NCBI GenBank assembly: GCA_963733195.1
Contig: CAVTCR010000022.1
Location: 1 to 64,000, forward strand
DNA: 64,000 nt
Direction: 5' to 3'
DNA from: an uncultured delta proteobacterium
Lineage (GTDB): Bacteria; Desulfobacterota; Binatia; Bin18
Every line of letters starts with the position of its first letter. Within the stretch, counting starts at the first letter, position 1. Both the position numbers and the translations under genes were made by a program. Positions 21,958 through 32,540 of the stretch are shown one piece after another. The notes under the pieces are model-generated. The model searched no databases and had not been told where the DNA came from. It saw only the letters and a program-made list of their open reading frames with translations.

Positions 21958-22930
21958 AGACTTTATTCGAAATAACACTTCGTGTCACAATTGAAGTCTC
22001 CGCTTCCGGTAACGCACCCGCAGATTGTGGAGCCCACACGCAATGAGCATGAGCAGATCCGCGACGCCGTCCTTCGTATTACGCAAGACTTCTTTCACAC
22101 TCAGTGACCGTTTAACCTCCGCCAGGGCATGTTCGACCCGGACCCGAACCCGAGAGATTTTTCGGTTCGTCCGCTTCTCGGCCTTTGTGAGTTCGCCCTG
22201 CCGGGGCTTTTTTTCGGCTGACAACTCTGCGCAACAGCGGGTTCGTACCCCTGAAAACCGGTGTCCTTGTACAGGATGGTTTGCGGGGGATAGGCAATCG
22301 GCTCGCTATCGACAATCTTCTTGTCGTGGGTCTTGCCTGCATACGTCTGACTCAAGAACCCCACGCGTTTGGTCTTGGCCTGCACGATCACTACATGCTT
22401 CTCACGGTGGGTCTTCTTCTTCCCACTGTAGGCCGCCGCTTGTTGGGCCGCGTTCTTCGGGCGCTGGCGGCGCCGTTCCGTGCCATCAATGATAAGTTCG
22501 GGTCGCTCCCCGTGCTGGGGCTCGCTCTGGGCAAAGTGTCCGGGGTCTCGTTCCGGGAGCACCCCGACCTGGTCCAGGGCCACTTTCAGGATTGGCAACA
22601 ACCGATGCACCCACTCATTGACGCGGGGCTGACTCAACTCAAACACCTCCCCCAAGAGCGTCTGTAGGGGATACGTTTTCTGATACACCAAGATGAATAA
22701 CAACCTCTGCTCCGTCTCCTCTAACACCCCTTTGCGTCCTCCCCGGCTTGGCGCTTGCGCGGCTTACCTGTCAGGGTCTTCTCTACCGGATATTGTGCGA
22801 CATACGCACGGGCAAAGGGCGGGAGGAGGACCTCAAACTCTTTGGGGGTTAATACCGTGAGCGCGACACACTTGCGCCGATTGCGTTTGAGCTGGGTATA
22901 GGTCAACATTCTCTCAGTTTAGCTTACTTC
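21958..22930 (-). mobile_element. IS5-like (DDE_Tnp_4/HTH_Tnp_4 type) insertion sequence, transposase 22909-21985 split over three frames
   Basis: RLLFILVYQKTYPLQ, IIDGTERRRQRPK, YSGKKKTH, DTGFQG and RVRVEHALAEVK. An A7G slippery run near 22207-22214 joins QPKK to KKPR. Confidence 0.88.
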
Positions 22931-23221
22931 GGCTAAGAGAATGGATGGAACATTGGCTAGTCCAAGCATGGTTGAATGGGCGATCTGAGTAAGCTGTTCA
23001 GCAATGGCAGCATTCAGATCCGGATGGGTATGCCCGTGAACGTTGCACCACAACGACGAGACGCCATCTAGATAACGATTACCGTGAACATCTATGAGAT
23101 AATTTCCTTGGCCTTGGGTGATAATCACTGGATCTTCGGCAAGCCACTCTTGCATCTGGGTAAACGGATGCCAGAGGTAGGTGTGATCCCAAGTTTTTAG
23201 ATCGTTATACGATGGGGTCAT
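22919..23221 (-). pseudogene. bioA: DAPA aminotransferase, N-terminal ~100 aa only
   Basis: [12 protein letters not shown] and [15 protein letters not shown]; truncated at the IS; ATG overlaps the bioF stop. Confidence 0.92.
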
Positions 23222-24393
23222 GGGAGAATACCGGTCTCCTTTCCTGCGTGGGCAAAGGCATCTAGTGCCTGAGATAGCTGTGTGCGTGTATGGGTGGCGA
23301 TTGGAGTAACACGTAGGCGTGATGTTCCCACTGGAACTGTCGGTGGACGAATGCCATGTGCCCATACCCCACGATCAAGCAGTGCCGAAGCTAAACTCAT
23401 GGTTTTTGTTGCATCGCCAATAATGACTGGAAGGATAGGGGACTGTGTAGGACCAACCGTATAACCTAGAGCAGTGAGCCCATCGCGGAGGAAGGCTGCA
23501 TTGTCCCAGAGTTGATGGCGACGTTCGGGCTCCTCAGCCACAAGAGCAAGGGCAGCTATCGCTGACGCAGCGACGGCAGGCGGAATACCGGTGGTGTAGA
23601 CGAAACTACGGGCTCGATTCACTAGCCACGCAATCAGTTCGTGACTGCCTGCGACATAGGCTCCAAAGCCGCCCAACGCTTTTCCTAGAGTGCCCATATG
23701 GATGTCAACATCGTTTTCTAGACCGAGCGCATCGACAAGCCCTGCTCCGCGTGGTCCGAAAACACCAGTGCCGTGCGCCTCGTCGACCATCACCCATGCA
23801 TTATATTGACGGGCCACAGCGATGATTTCAGTCAACGGCGCAACATCACCATCCATACTAAAGACGGAATCGGTGACGATCAGGCGGTGCCCAGAAGCTG
23901 GGGATTCTGCGAGCAGTTTTTGGAGGTGTGAGACATCACAATGGCGAAACACCTTGACCGCTGCACGCGACAAGCGACAACCATCGATGATACTCGCATG
24001 GTTGAGTGCATCACTGAAGACCGTATCCTCTGGTCCAACCAGCGCAGAGATCGTCCCAACATTGGCATGATAACCAGAGGGAAACACTAAGGCTGCTTCG
24101 CTACGCTTAAAGGTAGCAAGCTTAGTTTCGAGTCGCTGATGTAACTCCATGTGACCAGAGATCAAACGTGAGGCTCCTGCACTACAGCCATACTCCTCGA
24201 TCGCTTGTTGTGCTGCGCGTTTCAGTGCCGGATGATTGGCAATGCCCAAGTAGTTATTCGACGAGAGCAACAAGACTTTGCAGTCATTAAGCACAACTGT
24301 ACTGTCTTGGGCTCCGGAAACGAGGCGCAACCGACGATAGAGTCCGCGTTGCTCAACCTCCCGGAGTTTTGTTGCGAGTACGCTTTTTAGCAT
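23218..24393 (-). CDS. bioF: 8-amino-7-oxononanoate synthase
   Basis: [41 protein letters not shown] and IRPPTVP. Confidence 0.95.
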   Translation of the reverse strand: MLKSVLATKLREVEQRGLYRRLRLVSGAQDSTVVLNDCKVLLLSSNNYLGIANHPALKRAAQQAIEEYGCSAGASRLISGHMELHQRLETKLATFKRSEAALVFPSGYHANVGTISALVGPEDTVFSDALNHASIIDGCRLSRAAVKVFRHCDVSHLQKLLAESPASGHRLIVTDSVFSMDGDVAPLTEIIAVARQYNAWVMVDEAHGTGVFGPRGAGLVDALGLENDVDIHMGTLGKALGGFGAYVAGSHELIAWLVNRARSFVYTTGIPPAVAASAIAALALVAEEPERRHQLWDNAAFLRDGLTALGYTVGPTQSPILPVIIGDATKTMSLASALLDRGVWAHGIRPPTVPVGTSRLRVTPIATHTRTQLSQALDAFAHAGKETGILP

Positions 24394-24618
24394 GGATCAG
24401 TCTTATTAAGCTCTGTCTTTTATTCGAGGATCGGTCAAATTTCCTGAGATCTCGCCGCTTTCGCGAGAATGACGACAACGACAGAGCCTGTCATTCCGGG
24501 CAAGTGCCGTAGGCCGCGAGCGCCGGAATCCAGGAGCATCTGAGTTTCTTCTCCCCGCTGAGTACACCGCGCTATGAGAGACTCGCAATGACGTGCTCAC
24601 GGAAATTTGCAACACCTC

Positions 24619-25293
24619 TTAACAATAGTGCGCGTAGACTCCATCAAGCATGCCCCAGAGTGCATCTAAGGCTTGTTCGCAGGTAGGCACTAATGCCTCT
24701 GCCTCCGCGGGCGTGAGGTGCTCACGCAGAATCTGCCGGGAGGTGTCCGCATGAAACCGGTCAGCTTGGCGATGCACTTGGAAGAACGCTAACCCCTGCG
24801 TCTCGTTGATGCCGTAGAAGCGTTGCAGCCCTTCAATCTTGGTCTCAGCCACCTCAGGCACCTGCGCCTCGTATGCTAGCAGTGCGACGATTCCCGCGAG
24901 ATAGGAACGGTCCCGAGTGAGGGTACGAAATGTATCGAGTAAAGTTTGCGTCTCCGGTAATGGGGAGGTGGTAACCACGTCAGTTCGGTTCACACCCAGC
25001 GCTTCAGCGAAGCGCAGCCACAACTCAGGATGGTGCTCTGCGCCGCGTTCTTCTTCTATCAAGTTTTCAAGGAGCTGTTGACGAACGGGAAGCACCGGGC
25101 AATTCGAATGCACTGCACTTACATAAGTTGGAAATGCTTCAACTTGTCGGTAGTACTGTTTGCTGTATTCCTGCAAAGCGGACAGTGAGAGACTGCCCGT
25201 ACTCCACGCTTGATAGAAAGGATGTTTGAGCAGGTGACGTTCCTGAATGCGCGTTTCGATCGTTGTGAGTATTTCAATGAGATGATTATTCAC
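24619..25293 (-). CDS. CADD/CT610-family heme-oxygenase-like diiron oxidase (self-sacrificing pABA synthase-like)
   Basis: HLLKHPFYQAWS, YSKQYY, NLIEEE..HHPELW, AYEAQVP..AETKIEGL and VH..AD..H. All six metal ligands and the Tyr27/Lys152 equivalents of chlamydial CADD appear present. RBS ggagg plus GTG. Confidence 0.88.
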   Translation of the reverse strand: MNNHLIEILTTIETRIQERHLLKHPFYQAWSTGSLSLSALQEYSKQYYRQVEAFPTYVSAVHSNCPVLPVRQQLLENLIEEERGAEHHPELWLRFAEALGVNRTDVVTTSPLPETQTLLDTFRTLTRDRSYLAGIVALLAYEAQVPEVAETKIEGLQRFYGINETQGLAFFQVHRQADRFHADTSRQILREHLTPAEAEALVPTCEQALDALWGMLDGVYAHYC

Positions 25294-25393
25294 TACGTAA
25301 CCTCCAAGAGTTTTTCTACAAAGGGTTCTCTCTTAACAGCTGGAGCCAAGGGTTGGAACCCCCAGGTTCTTTCGTATTATCGTTCCGCAAAGA

Positions 25394-27752
25394 TTATCCT
25401 TGGAGGATTGCACGAGAGGATAACAACTGCGCGATACGCTCCTGTGAATAGCCGGTGACTTCTTGCAATACTTCCGACGTGTGTTGTCCAAGCATCGGTG
25501 CAACACATTGTAATATTGCCGGGGTACGCGAGAACTTCGGTAGGATTCCTGTTTGTCGCACTTCGCCCCATTGGGGATGTGTGTGCGTAGCAATGAGGTC
25601 GTTGGCGGCGACGTGTTCATCGCTGAAGAGCGGAGGCAAGGGTAAGATCGGTGCACACGGCACTGCAGCTCGATCGAGGAGCAAAAGCCATTCTTCGGTT
25701 GTTCGAGTGGCGAACACTGTTGTCAGAGCTTGTGCGAGAGATCCTTCCACTGATTCTCGTTGCGCGTCAGCAAAACTGTATCCGCGCAAAGCGGTAGTCG
25801 ATCCAGCAATTTCCGCAAACGCCTGCCAGTGCACAGGTTCAAGAATAGCCAGGAACAACGAGTTATCTTTGGTCGGATAAATGCGATAGATCGCACTTGA
25901 ACCCCACAAATCCGGTGCGCCGTTTTCAAGGTCCGGGCGACCGTCGTAAAAAATGAAACTCCCAGATTGCACAGCCATTGAGGCGTTAAGGAGTGCGGTT
26001 TCGACGTGCTGTCCTTTACCGGTACGTTGGCGGGCATACAAAGCTGCTGTTACACCATATGCCGTTAGCAATGCTGCGGCGTAATCACACACACCGCACG
26101 TGAGATAGAATGGAGGATGACCGTGCCCACCTTGTGCACGCATCAGACCGGAGCGTGATTGTAGTAATGGATCGAAGCCCGGTTGGTCGTGATCCGGTCC
26201 GCTCGACCCAAAAGCAGTGACGGTTGCATAAACCAGTCGCGGGTTGATCTTTGCTAACGTGTCGTAATCGATGCCGTAACGTTTCGTTGCTCCAGGTCGC
26301 AGGTTTTCGACCACCACATCAGCCTTACGAACGAGGTCATAGACAACCTCACGCCCTTCAGGACTATTGAAATTCACTGAAAGTGCACGTTTGCCTTGAT
26401 TCCATCCCAGAAAGCCGAAACCAAACGAGCGAAATGCATCACCTTGGAACGTTTCCACTTTAATAACGTTGGCTCCAAGTTGGGCGAGCACCATCGGTCC
26501 CAGTGTTCCGGCGATGTAGCTGGCGAAGTCCAAGACGAGAACGCCGGAAAGCGGGGGCTGGGGATTAGGGGTTGGGGGTTGGTTACTAGCAGGAGTGGAG
26601 TGGGAAGGGGAAAAACCAGCCCCTAACCCCCAGTCCCTAATTCCTTCTTTCACTTCCACAGTGTTTTCTCCCAACCGTGGCGCTGGCCCTTTGATCTCAC
26701 CAGGAGTGTCGGATAGCCGTATCGGGACTCCCATCTGTACGGTTTTGCCCAGTTCTGGATCGTCGATTTCCACTCGCATGTCGTTGTGAATGGTTTGTCG
26801 CCAGTTCATGAACTCTTGACGACTGGTGACCGGAGCGCACGGGACATCGTTTTCTCGGAGAATGTGGAGCCACTGTTCGCGGGATTTTGTTGCGAGAACG
26901 GCAGCGATATTGTTCGCCAGTTCTTCACGATCTTCTGGCAATATTCCCCATGGTGCTCTTTCGTAGCGCGGATCAGCGACCCACTCTGGCTTTTCCAGTG
27001 CGAGGCAGAATTTATTGAAAAAGGTCGGATTCCCACAGGCGACAAACAACCAGTCGTCTTGGGCTTTGAACAAGCGATAACAGGGAATCGGTCCCAGCGG
27101 GTTCATGCGTCCACTGAAGAGACGCAGCATATCGGGATGAAAGAGGATCGTCCCCGTTTGCATAGCGAACGCGCCAGCGAACCACGAAACTTCGATCTTC
27201 TGACCTTTGCCACTCTGGGTGCGTTCAAAAAGTGCAGCCGTAATCGAACTACATGCAACAAACGCTGCGCCATAACTGGCGATCGGGATAACAAGCTGTA
27301 CCCCACCATCACGGTGCGACCATTGGCTGCCAAGCAAGCCACTTGCTGCCGCAACTAATGAGTCATCAGGATAGCGTTGCGCATGTGGCCCTTTGCTACC
27401 GAAAGCGGGAAGGTGGCTATAAATCAGTCTAGGGTTGTTACGAGAGAGTTGTTCGTACGAAAGTCCTAATGGTGTCTTCATCTCCCGGTTGGGCGTCACA
27501 CAGGAGGACATCTGCAGGAGCGATGAGTTGCTGCGCAAACGCGCGTCCTTCTCCTGTAGTAAGATCCACAACGACACTTTTCTTGCTGCGATTCCAGACA
27601 TGAAACCCCGGCGTTCCTCTGGCTTTGTCGCCGGTTGGCGGTTCGACCTTGATCACCTCGGCTCCTTGTTCGGCGAGAAGCATACCGGTGTAAGGTCCAG
27701 CGATGCCTTGTGCGATCTCGATAATCCGTATGCCATCTAATGCACCTGCCAT
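25394..27752 (-). CDS. Tandem (double-domain) CaiB/BaiF CoA-transferase; one frameshift near 27480
   Basis: N-terminal IAGPYTGMLLAEQGAEVIKVEPP (27752 frame) continues in the 735-aa frame; second domain has DFASYIAG, ENLRPG and GVCDY. Confidence 0.88.
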
Positions 27753-27807
27753 TTTGCTCTCCTCAGGAGGTGTACGACTTCATCCTCCGTGGTATGAAGA
27801 CGGTACT

Positions 27808-28246
27808 ATGCTTTCCCCATTAGAAAAACTCAACCAAGCGTTACGAGAGAATCGTCCGCAGGACTTTGTGACTCCGCGTCATCACGAGTTAGGCATGCAA
27901 CCACTACAATTTGGTCCAGGAACTTCGCTTTGGGAGTGGGATGCCACTCGCGAACAAGTGTTGAATGCCTTTGGCTACGTAGCCGGTGGTTATCTGACCG
28001 TGTTTGCCGATGAACTCCTTGGCAGTGCCATTGGGTCAGTCTTGGAAAGCGGGGAGTTTGCTACTACGGCTGAATTGAAGATCAGTTTTCTCAAACCGGT
28101 TGCGAAAGGACAAGTTCGTGGTGAGGGAAAAGTCCTGCGCAAGGGCAAACAAGTGGCTTTTGTCGAAGCCGTCTATAAAGAATGCGAAAGAAGAACTGGT
28201 TGCAACTGTGAGTAGCACGTGGACGGTGGTGACTGGGAAAAACTAG
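27808..28246 (+). CDS. PaaI-family hotdog thioesterase (frameshift near 28175)
   Basis: LNAFGYVAGGYLTVFADE and TTAELKISFLKP; alternate frame ends ELVATVSSTWTVVTGKN*. Confidence 0.85.
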
Positions 28247-28264
28247 CAACGAAAAGTACGGAGG

Positions 28265-28711
28265 ATGACTATGAGTATGATTGATCGCTTTGTTGCGTAT
28301 GCGGCAGCATTTGAAGACGCTTATGCTACGGATGATTGGTCGAAACTTGAACCATTCTTTACTGAAGATGCGGCGTATCACTTTATTGCTGCCCCACCGT
28401 TCGGAGGCAAGTTTGAAGGGCGTACCGCGGTTTTTGCGCAGTTCAAGAATTCAGTGAATGGCTTTGATCGCCGCTTCGATACCCGCAAAGTTGATGTCCT
28501 GGAAGGACCGATAGAGAAAGATGGTGGAGTATGGCTACGATGGCGAGCGAGCTATACGCGCGCTGGCATTCCTGCCCTCGCCATGGAAGGCGAAGAACGT
28601 GCGGTGTTTGTTGGTGATCGGATCAAGTTATTAGAAGATCGAGCGTCAGATGCCGAAGCGCAAAAGGTCGGGACGTACTTTGCGCAGCATAATGCGAAAT
28701 TGAAGTCGTAG
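28265..28711 (+). CDS. SnoaL/NTF2-like protein
   Basis: AFEDAYATDDWSKLEPFFTEDA..Y; RBS ggagg. Confidence 0.75.
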   Translation: MTMSMIDRFVAYAAAFEDAYATDDWSKLEPFFTEDAAYHFIAAPPFGGKFEGRTAVFAQFKNSVNGFDRRFDTRKVDVLEGPIEKDGGVWLRWRASYTRAGIPALAMEGEERAVFVGDRIKLLEDRASDAEAQKVGTYFAQHNAKLKS

Positions 28712-28715
28712 CATT

Positions 28716-28830
28716 CTAAATCGAACCATAGAAGATTCGCACACTTAACTACAGTGGGACACGTTCCCGCTCGTCCTGAGCGTACCCTGAGCCCTGAGCC
28801 TGTCGAAGGGGCGAAGGGGAAGTCGAAGGG
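28716..28830. repeat. MITE-type terminal repeat (CTAAATCGAACC...) plus CCTGAGCCTGTCGAAGGG REP cluster
   Basis: ctaaatcgaaccatagaagattcgcacact at 28716; nested cctgag...gtcgaaggg units, related to those near 35490, 49357 and 61021. Confidence 0.65.
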
Positions 28831-28860
28831 TGCCGCTATAAGATTAACACCCTCTGTGTA

Positions 28861-30204
28861 TTAGCGACTTGCTACGACGAATGGAAGCTCGGCTTCCTGT
28901 TCAAGTGGGAGTTGCGGAGTAATGAGCACGCGCGTGATACGGCGTCCGTTCATTTCCAGGATCTTGACCGTTTGGCTGTCGAGCGCAACGGTATCGCCGA
29001 TATGACCAATACGGCCAAGCTGTGCGTGGATATAACCTGCAATAGTGTGCGCATCTTTCATCTCGACCTCAGGTAGGCCGAGCGCATGTGTCACATCGGC
29101 AATGAGCATCTGTCCATCGACCACCGCCCCCTCGTCGGTTTGTCGTAACTCCGGGGGCTCCGTGTCGAACTCGTCGTGAATCTCCCCGACTAACTCTTCC
29201 AGGACATTTTCCATTGTTACCAAACCGGCTGTACTGCCGTACTCATCGACGATGACTGCCAAGTGTAACCGACGCTGTTGAAAATCTTGTTGCAGTCCTT
29301 CAATGGGACGACTTCCAGGAACGAACAGAACCTCGCGTTTAATTTTTAGCAAATCGGCTGAATTTTTTATGTCAACTTTTTTGAGGAAGATGTCTTTGAT
29401 GTGCACCATGCCGATGACATGGTCGAGGTCAGTTTCACAGAGCGGATAGCGGGTATGTCCAGTGCGATAAATGATGTCAAGATTATCCTCCCAGCTCTTA
29501 TTGAGCGAGAGATAATCAATGTCCGGGCGCGGCATCATGATCTCTGTCACTGTTCGTTCGGCGAGATCAAGTACATTTTCGATCATCGTGGCTTTTCCTG
29601 TTGGGAGAGCGCCCTGTCGCTGCGATTCGGACAAGATGACTCGAAGTTCTTCTTCCGAGTGTGCCAGCTCCTGGGCGTTCACCGCTCGTACGCCAAAGAG
29701 GTGCAGCATCCCATTCGCGCACCGGTTGAGCAGCCATAAGAAGGGATAGAAAAAGCCGGTAAAAAGCCACAACGGGAGCGAAGTCCACAAAGCAACTTCT
29801 TGTGATCTGCGAATACCGAGGAACTTCGGCATTTGTTCGCCAATCACAATATGCAGGATGGTAATGAGAGCAAACGCGACAGCGAAGGACACGCTATGCA
29901 ACACCGCCGGAGATGTAATGTTCAGGGTACCGAAGAGGGGTGTGAGAACCTGAGCCACAGCTGGTTCACCGATCCAGCCGAGGCCTAGGCTGGCAAAAGT
30001 GATACCTAGTTGAGCAGCGGCCAGTGAGGCATCAAGATTATGGACCACCTTGCTGGCGAAGCGGGCGAGGGGGCTGCCCCGTCGTGCTAAATCGTCAATG
30101 TGTGACCCGCGCACCTTAACAATGGCGAATTCTGCCGCCACAAAAAATGCGTTGGCGAAAATTAAGAATAGAGTGAGAAGAAGTTGCCCTTCGATGCCAA
30201 ACAT
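28861..30204 (-). CDS. Hemolysin/CNNM family protein (DUF21-CBS-CorC)
   Basis: NAFFVAAEFA, QLGIT..SLGLGWIGEP, HSEEEL, HTRYPL, VDEYG and EELVGEI.DEFD. Confidence 0.92.
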   Translation of the reverse strand: MFGIEGQLLLTLFLIFANAFFVAAEFAIVKVRGSHIDDLARRGSPLARFASKVVHNLDASLAAAQLGITFASLGLGWIGEPAVAQVLTPLFGTLNITSPAVLHSVSFAVAFALITILHIVIGEQMPKFLGIRRSQEVALWTSLPLWLFTGFFYPFLWLLNRCANGMLHLFGVRAVNAQELAHSEEELRVILSESQRQGALPTGKATMIENVLDLAERTVTEIMMPRPDIDYLSLNKSWEDNLDIIYRTGHTRYPLCETDLDHVIGMVHIKDIFLKKVDIKNSADLLKIKREVLFVPGSRPIEGLQQDFQQRRLHLAVIVDEYGSTAGLVTMENVLEELVGEIHDEFDTEPPELRQTDEGAVVDGQMLIADVTHALGLPEVEMKDAHTIAGYIHAQLGRIGHIGDTVALDSQTVKILEMNGRRITRVLITPQLPLEQEAELPFVVASR

Positions 30205-30414
30205 ATAACGTCACAGCGAGCGAGAGCGGTGGGCAGTCACACGGTAAGAAAGGGGCAGAGATAAGCAGCCCCCTGAATAGAGAGTTGCGTAATGTAGAAC
30301 AGATTCTGAATCAGAAGAATCTCTCATGATGAGCGTACAGCGAAGCCTATTGCACCATATCCTGGGCGCAAAAAGCAAGACCCAACATAAAGAATTTGTA
30401 GCGCGCTCTCCATA

Positions 30415-30429
30415 AGGCACGGTTTTTGC
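30415..30429 (+). promoter_or_regulatory. Putative sigma-54 promoter
   Basis: aGGcacggtttttGC has GG-N10-GC spacing and resembles TGGCAC-N5-TTGC; 26 bp upstream of ATG 30456. Confidence 0.45.
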
Positions 30430-30455
30430 GCTATCGTTTTCCCGGAGGAGCAGCC

Positions 30456-31406
30456 ATGCGAGCCTTACACTGGGATGGAAACCAACTTCAACTACGCGGA
30501 ACCTACCCTGAGCCACAAGTACAGGAAAATTGGGGACTTATCCGGATCCATCTTGCCGGTATCTGTTCGACCGACCTACAAATTCTCAAGGGATACATGG
30601 GGTTTACTGGGGTGCCGGGGCACGAATTTGTCGGTGAGGTTGTTGCTGGGATTCCGGCGTTGTTGGGAAAACGTGTCGTTGGTGAGATTAACTTTGCCTG
30701 TGGTACGTGCAACTGGTGCCATCGACAATTAGGCCGTCACTGCAGCAATCGCCAGGTGATGGGGATTCTCAATGCCGATGGAAGTTTTGCCGAGTATATG
30801 AGCGTTCCGGTCGCAAACCTCCACGAAGTGCCGGAAAATATTTCTGATGAAGCAGCCGTCTTTACTGAACCTCTTGCCGCCGCCTTTGAGATCCTTGAAC
30901 AGATCCATCTCCATCCAGGAGCAGAGGTCGTCGTTCTTGGTGATGGCAAACTTGGCCTGTTGTGTGCGCAAGTCCTTCATGTGGCGGGTGCTCGTGTCAC
31001 CGTTGTTGGAAAACACGAAAAGAAACTCTCTGTGCTCCGCCAACTCGGCATGCGCGCGATTGTTCACACCGACTGGCAACCGCGACCAGTTGAGATCGTG
31101 ATAGAGGCAACTGGTACGACTGACGGACTCTCGCAAGCAATATCGATCGTTCGTCCGCGTGGAACATTCGTGTTGAAGAGTACGGTCGCGCAGGCGCATA
31201 ACCTCTCGTTAGCACCGTTAGTGATTAACGAAGTGACTGTAGTGGGTTCACGCTGCGGGCCGTTTCCACCAGCATTGCAAGCGTTGGCACAGAGGCAACT
31301 ATCAGTGACACCGCTGATCGATAAGATCTACTCGCTCAGCGAGGGAGTGGCGGCAGTCCAGCACGCCGCCCAGCCTGGAGTACTCAAAGTGTTGTTACGA
31401 CCTTAG
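30456..31406 (+). CDS. Zn-dependent medium-chain alcohol dehydrogenase
   Basis: GICSTD, GHEFVG, CGTCNWC...HC and GDGKLG; RBS ggagg. Confidence 0.92.
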   Translation: MRALHWDGNQLQLRGTYPEPQVQENWGLIRIHLAGICSTDLQILKGYMGFTGVPGHEFVGEVVAGIPALLGKRVVGEINFACGTCNWCHRQLGRHCSNRQVMGILNADGSFAEYMSVPVANLHEVPENISDEAAVFTEPLAAAFEILEQIHLHPGAEVVVLGDGKLGLLCAQVLHVAGARVTVVGKHEKKLSVLRQLGMRAIVHTDWQPRPVEIVIEATGTTDGLSQAISIVRPRGTFVLKSTVAQAHNLSLAPLVINEVTVVGSRCGPFPPALQALAQRQLSVTPLIDKIYSLSEGVAAVQHAAQPGVLKVLLRP

Positions 31407-31608
31407 CTGTCATTTCTCGTATGGCCAAATCGGCACGTTGGCGGGCGCAGCCCGTCTTCCGTACGAGGGAGAAAAGTGGAATTGGCGAAATGGGAAACGG
31501 AGAAGGCTAAGAATAATAAGAAATCTCTTCCTTTTCCCCTTTTAACCTTTTCGCCGTTGCTCCTTCTTAATTCGTAGGGCAGGCTGTGCCTGCCAGCCCT
31601 TGTTCTTA

Positions 31609-32448
31609 CTATTGGACATAGGCATATGCGGCTGTCGGCGATTCGGTGAGCCGCACTGGGACCTGGATGTTCGTATCGCCACGGTGAACAGTGAAGTAGA
31701 CGGTTGCCTGCGGGCGAACGCGCAAAATTTCGTTCTGGAACTCTTCTTGCTTCGAGACCCGGCGTCCGTTAACCGCGAGGATAATATCGCCATGAGGAAT
31801 ACCGCCACTAAAACGCACGAGAGACGGAGCCGCCGCTGCAGCCGGTGTCAGTGTCAGGAGTCCGGCAGTCAGAGCGACAGCTTTCTCCCGTGCCGTGAGT
31901 TCTCGTGCCGGGCGCAGTCCAGCTTGTGCGGCAGGGCTACCAGGGAGCACCGTTTCTACTTCGACTCCGCGAATAGTTAAGGCATGCATACAGAAACGTT
32001 CACGGTAGAAATCCCGTGTGTTGGCTCCGAGATACCCTGGGACATGGACCGCAGCAGGTGCGATTGAAGGGACGAGCTGTTGGTCACTCTGTTCCGGCTG
32101 CTGTGTCTGGATTACGGGTTGAGGAGCTGGCGGCGGTGGTGTCTGTGGCCACACTGATGGAATCTCTTGCGTATTTGGTCTATCGGCTTGCTGTGCACGA
32201 GGTTTCCCCAGTGATTGTTTCCGTATGGGAAAGGATTGGCCGTTACTTCCTGCCGGTTCGGTTTGCGTTTCTGACTCACTGACTGACTGCGGGGAAGAAG
32301 GGAGACTGTTTGGGGATTGAAGAGAAGGAGCACGAGGTCTTTCCCCTTGCCAGGAAGGGAGCGAATGCTGTTGGCCATCGGCCCTGTAGGCAAACAACAC
32401 ACTGAAACAAGCAATAACAAGAGATCCGACCGTCCAACGATACTTCAT
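31609..32448 (-). CDS. Exported Pro/Gln-rich protein with C-terminal PDZ domain
   Basis: Signal-peptide-like N-terminus; GYLG, V..VLPGSPAAQAGL and GDIILAVNG. Confidence 0.75.
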   Translation of the reverse strand: MKYRWTVGSLVIACFSVLFAYRADGQQHSLPSWQGERPRAPSLQSPNSLPSSPQSVSESETQTEPAGSNGQSFPIRKQSLGKPRAQQADRPNTQEIPSVWPQTPPPPAPQPVIQTQQPEQSDQQLVPSIAPAAVHVPGYLGANTRDFYRERFCMHALTIRGVEVETVLPGSPAAQAGLRPARELTAREKAVALTAGLLTLTPAAAAAPSLVRFSGGIPHGDIILAVNGRRVSKQEEFQNEILRVRPQATVYFTVHRGDTNIQVPVRLTESPTAAYAYVQ

Positions 32449-32540
32449 GGCAGGACCCTCCTCATGATGTTAGCTTGTACTGGGCAGGAAAAACGCTGTT
32501 ATTAGACTCCTAATGGTGATTCAGGTCAAGCAAGAACTGC

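Noticed and set aside
24619-25293. PqqC or TenA assignment
   Set aside because: No pqq or thi genes are adjacent, and the motifs match CADD more closely.
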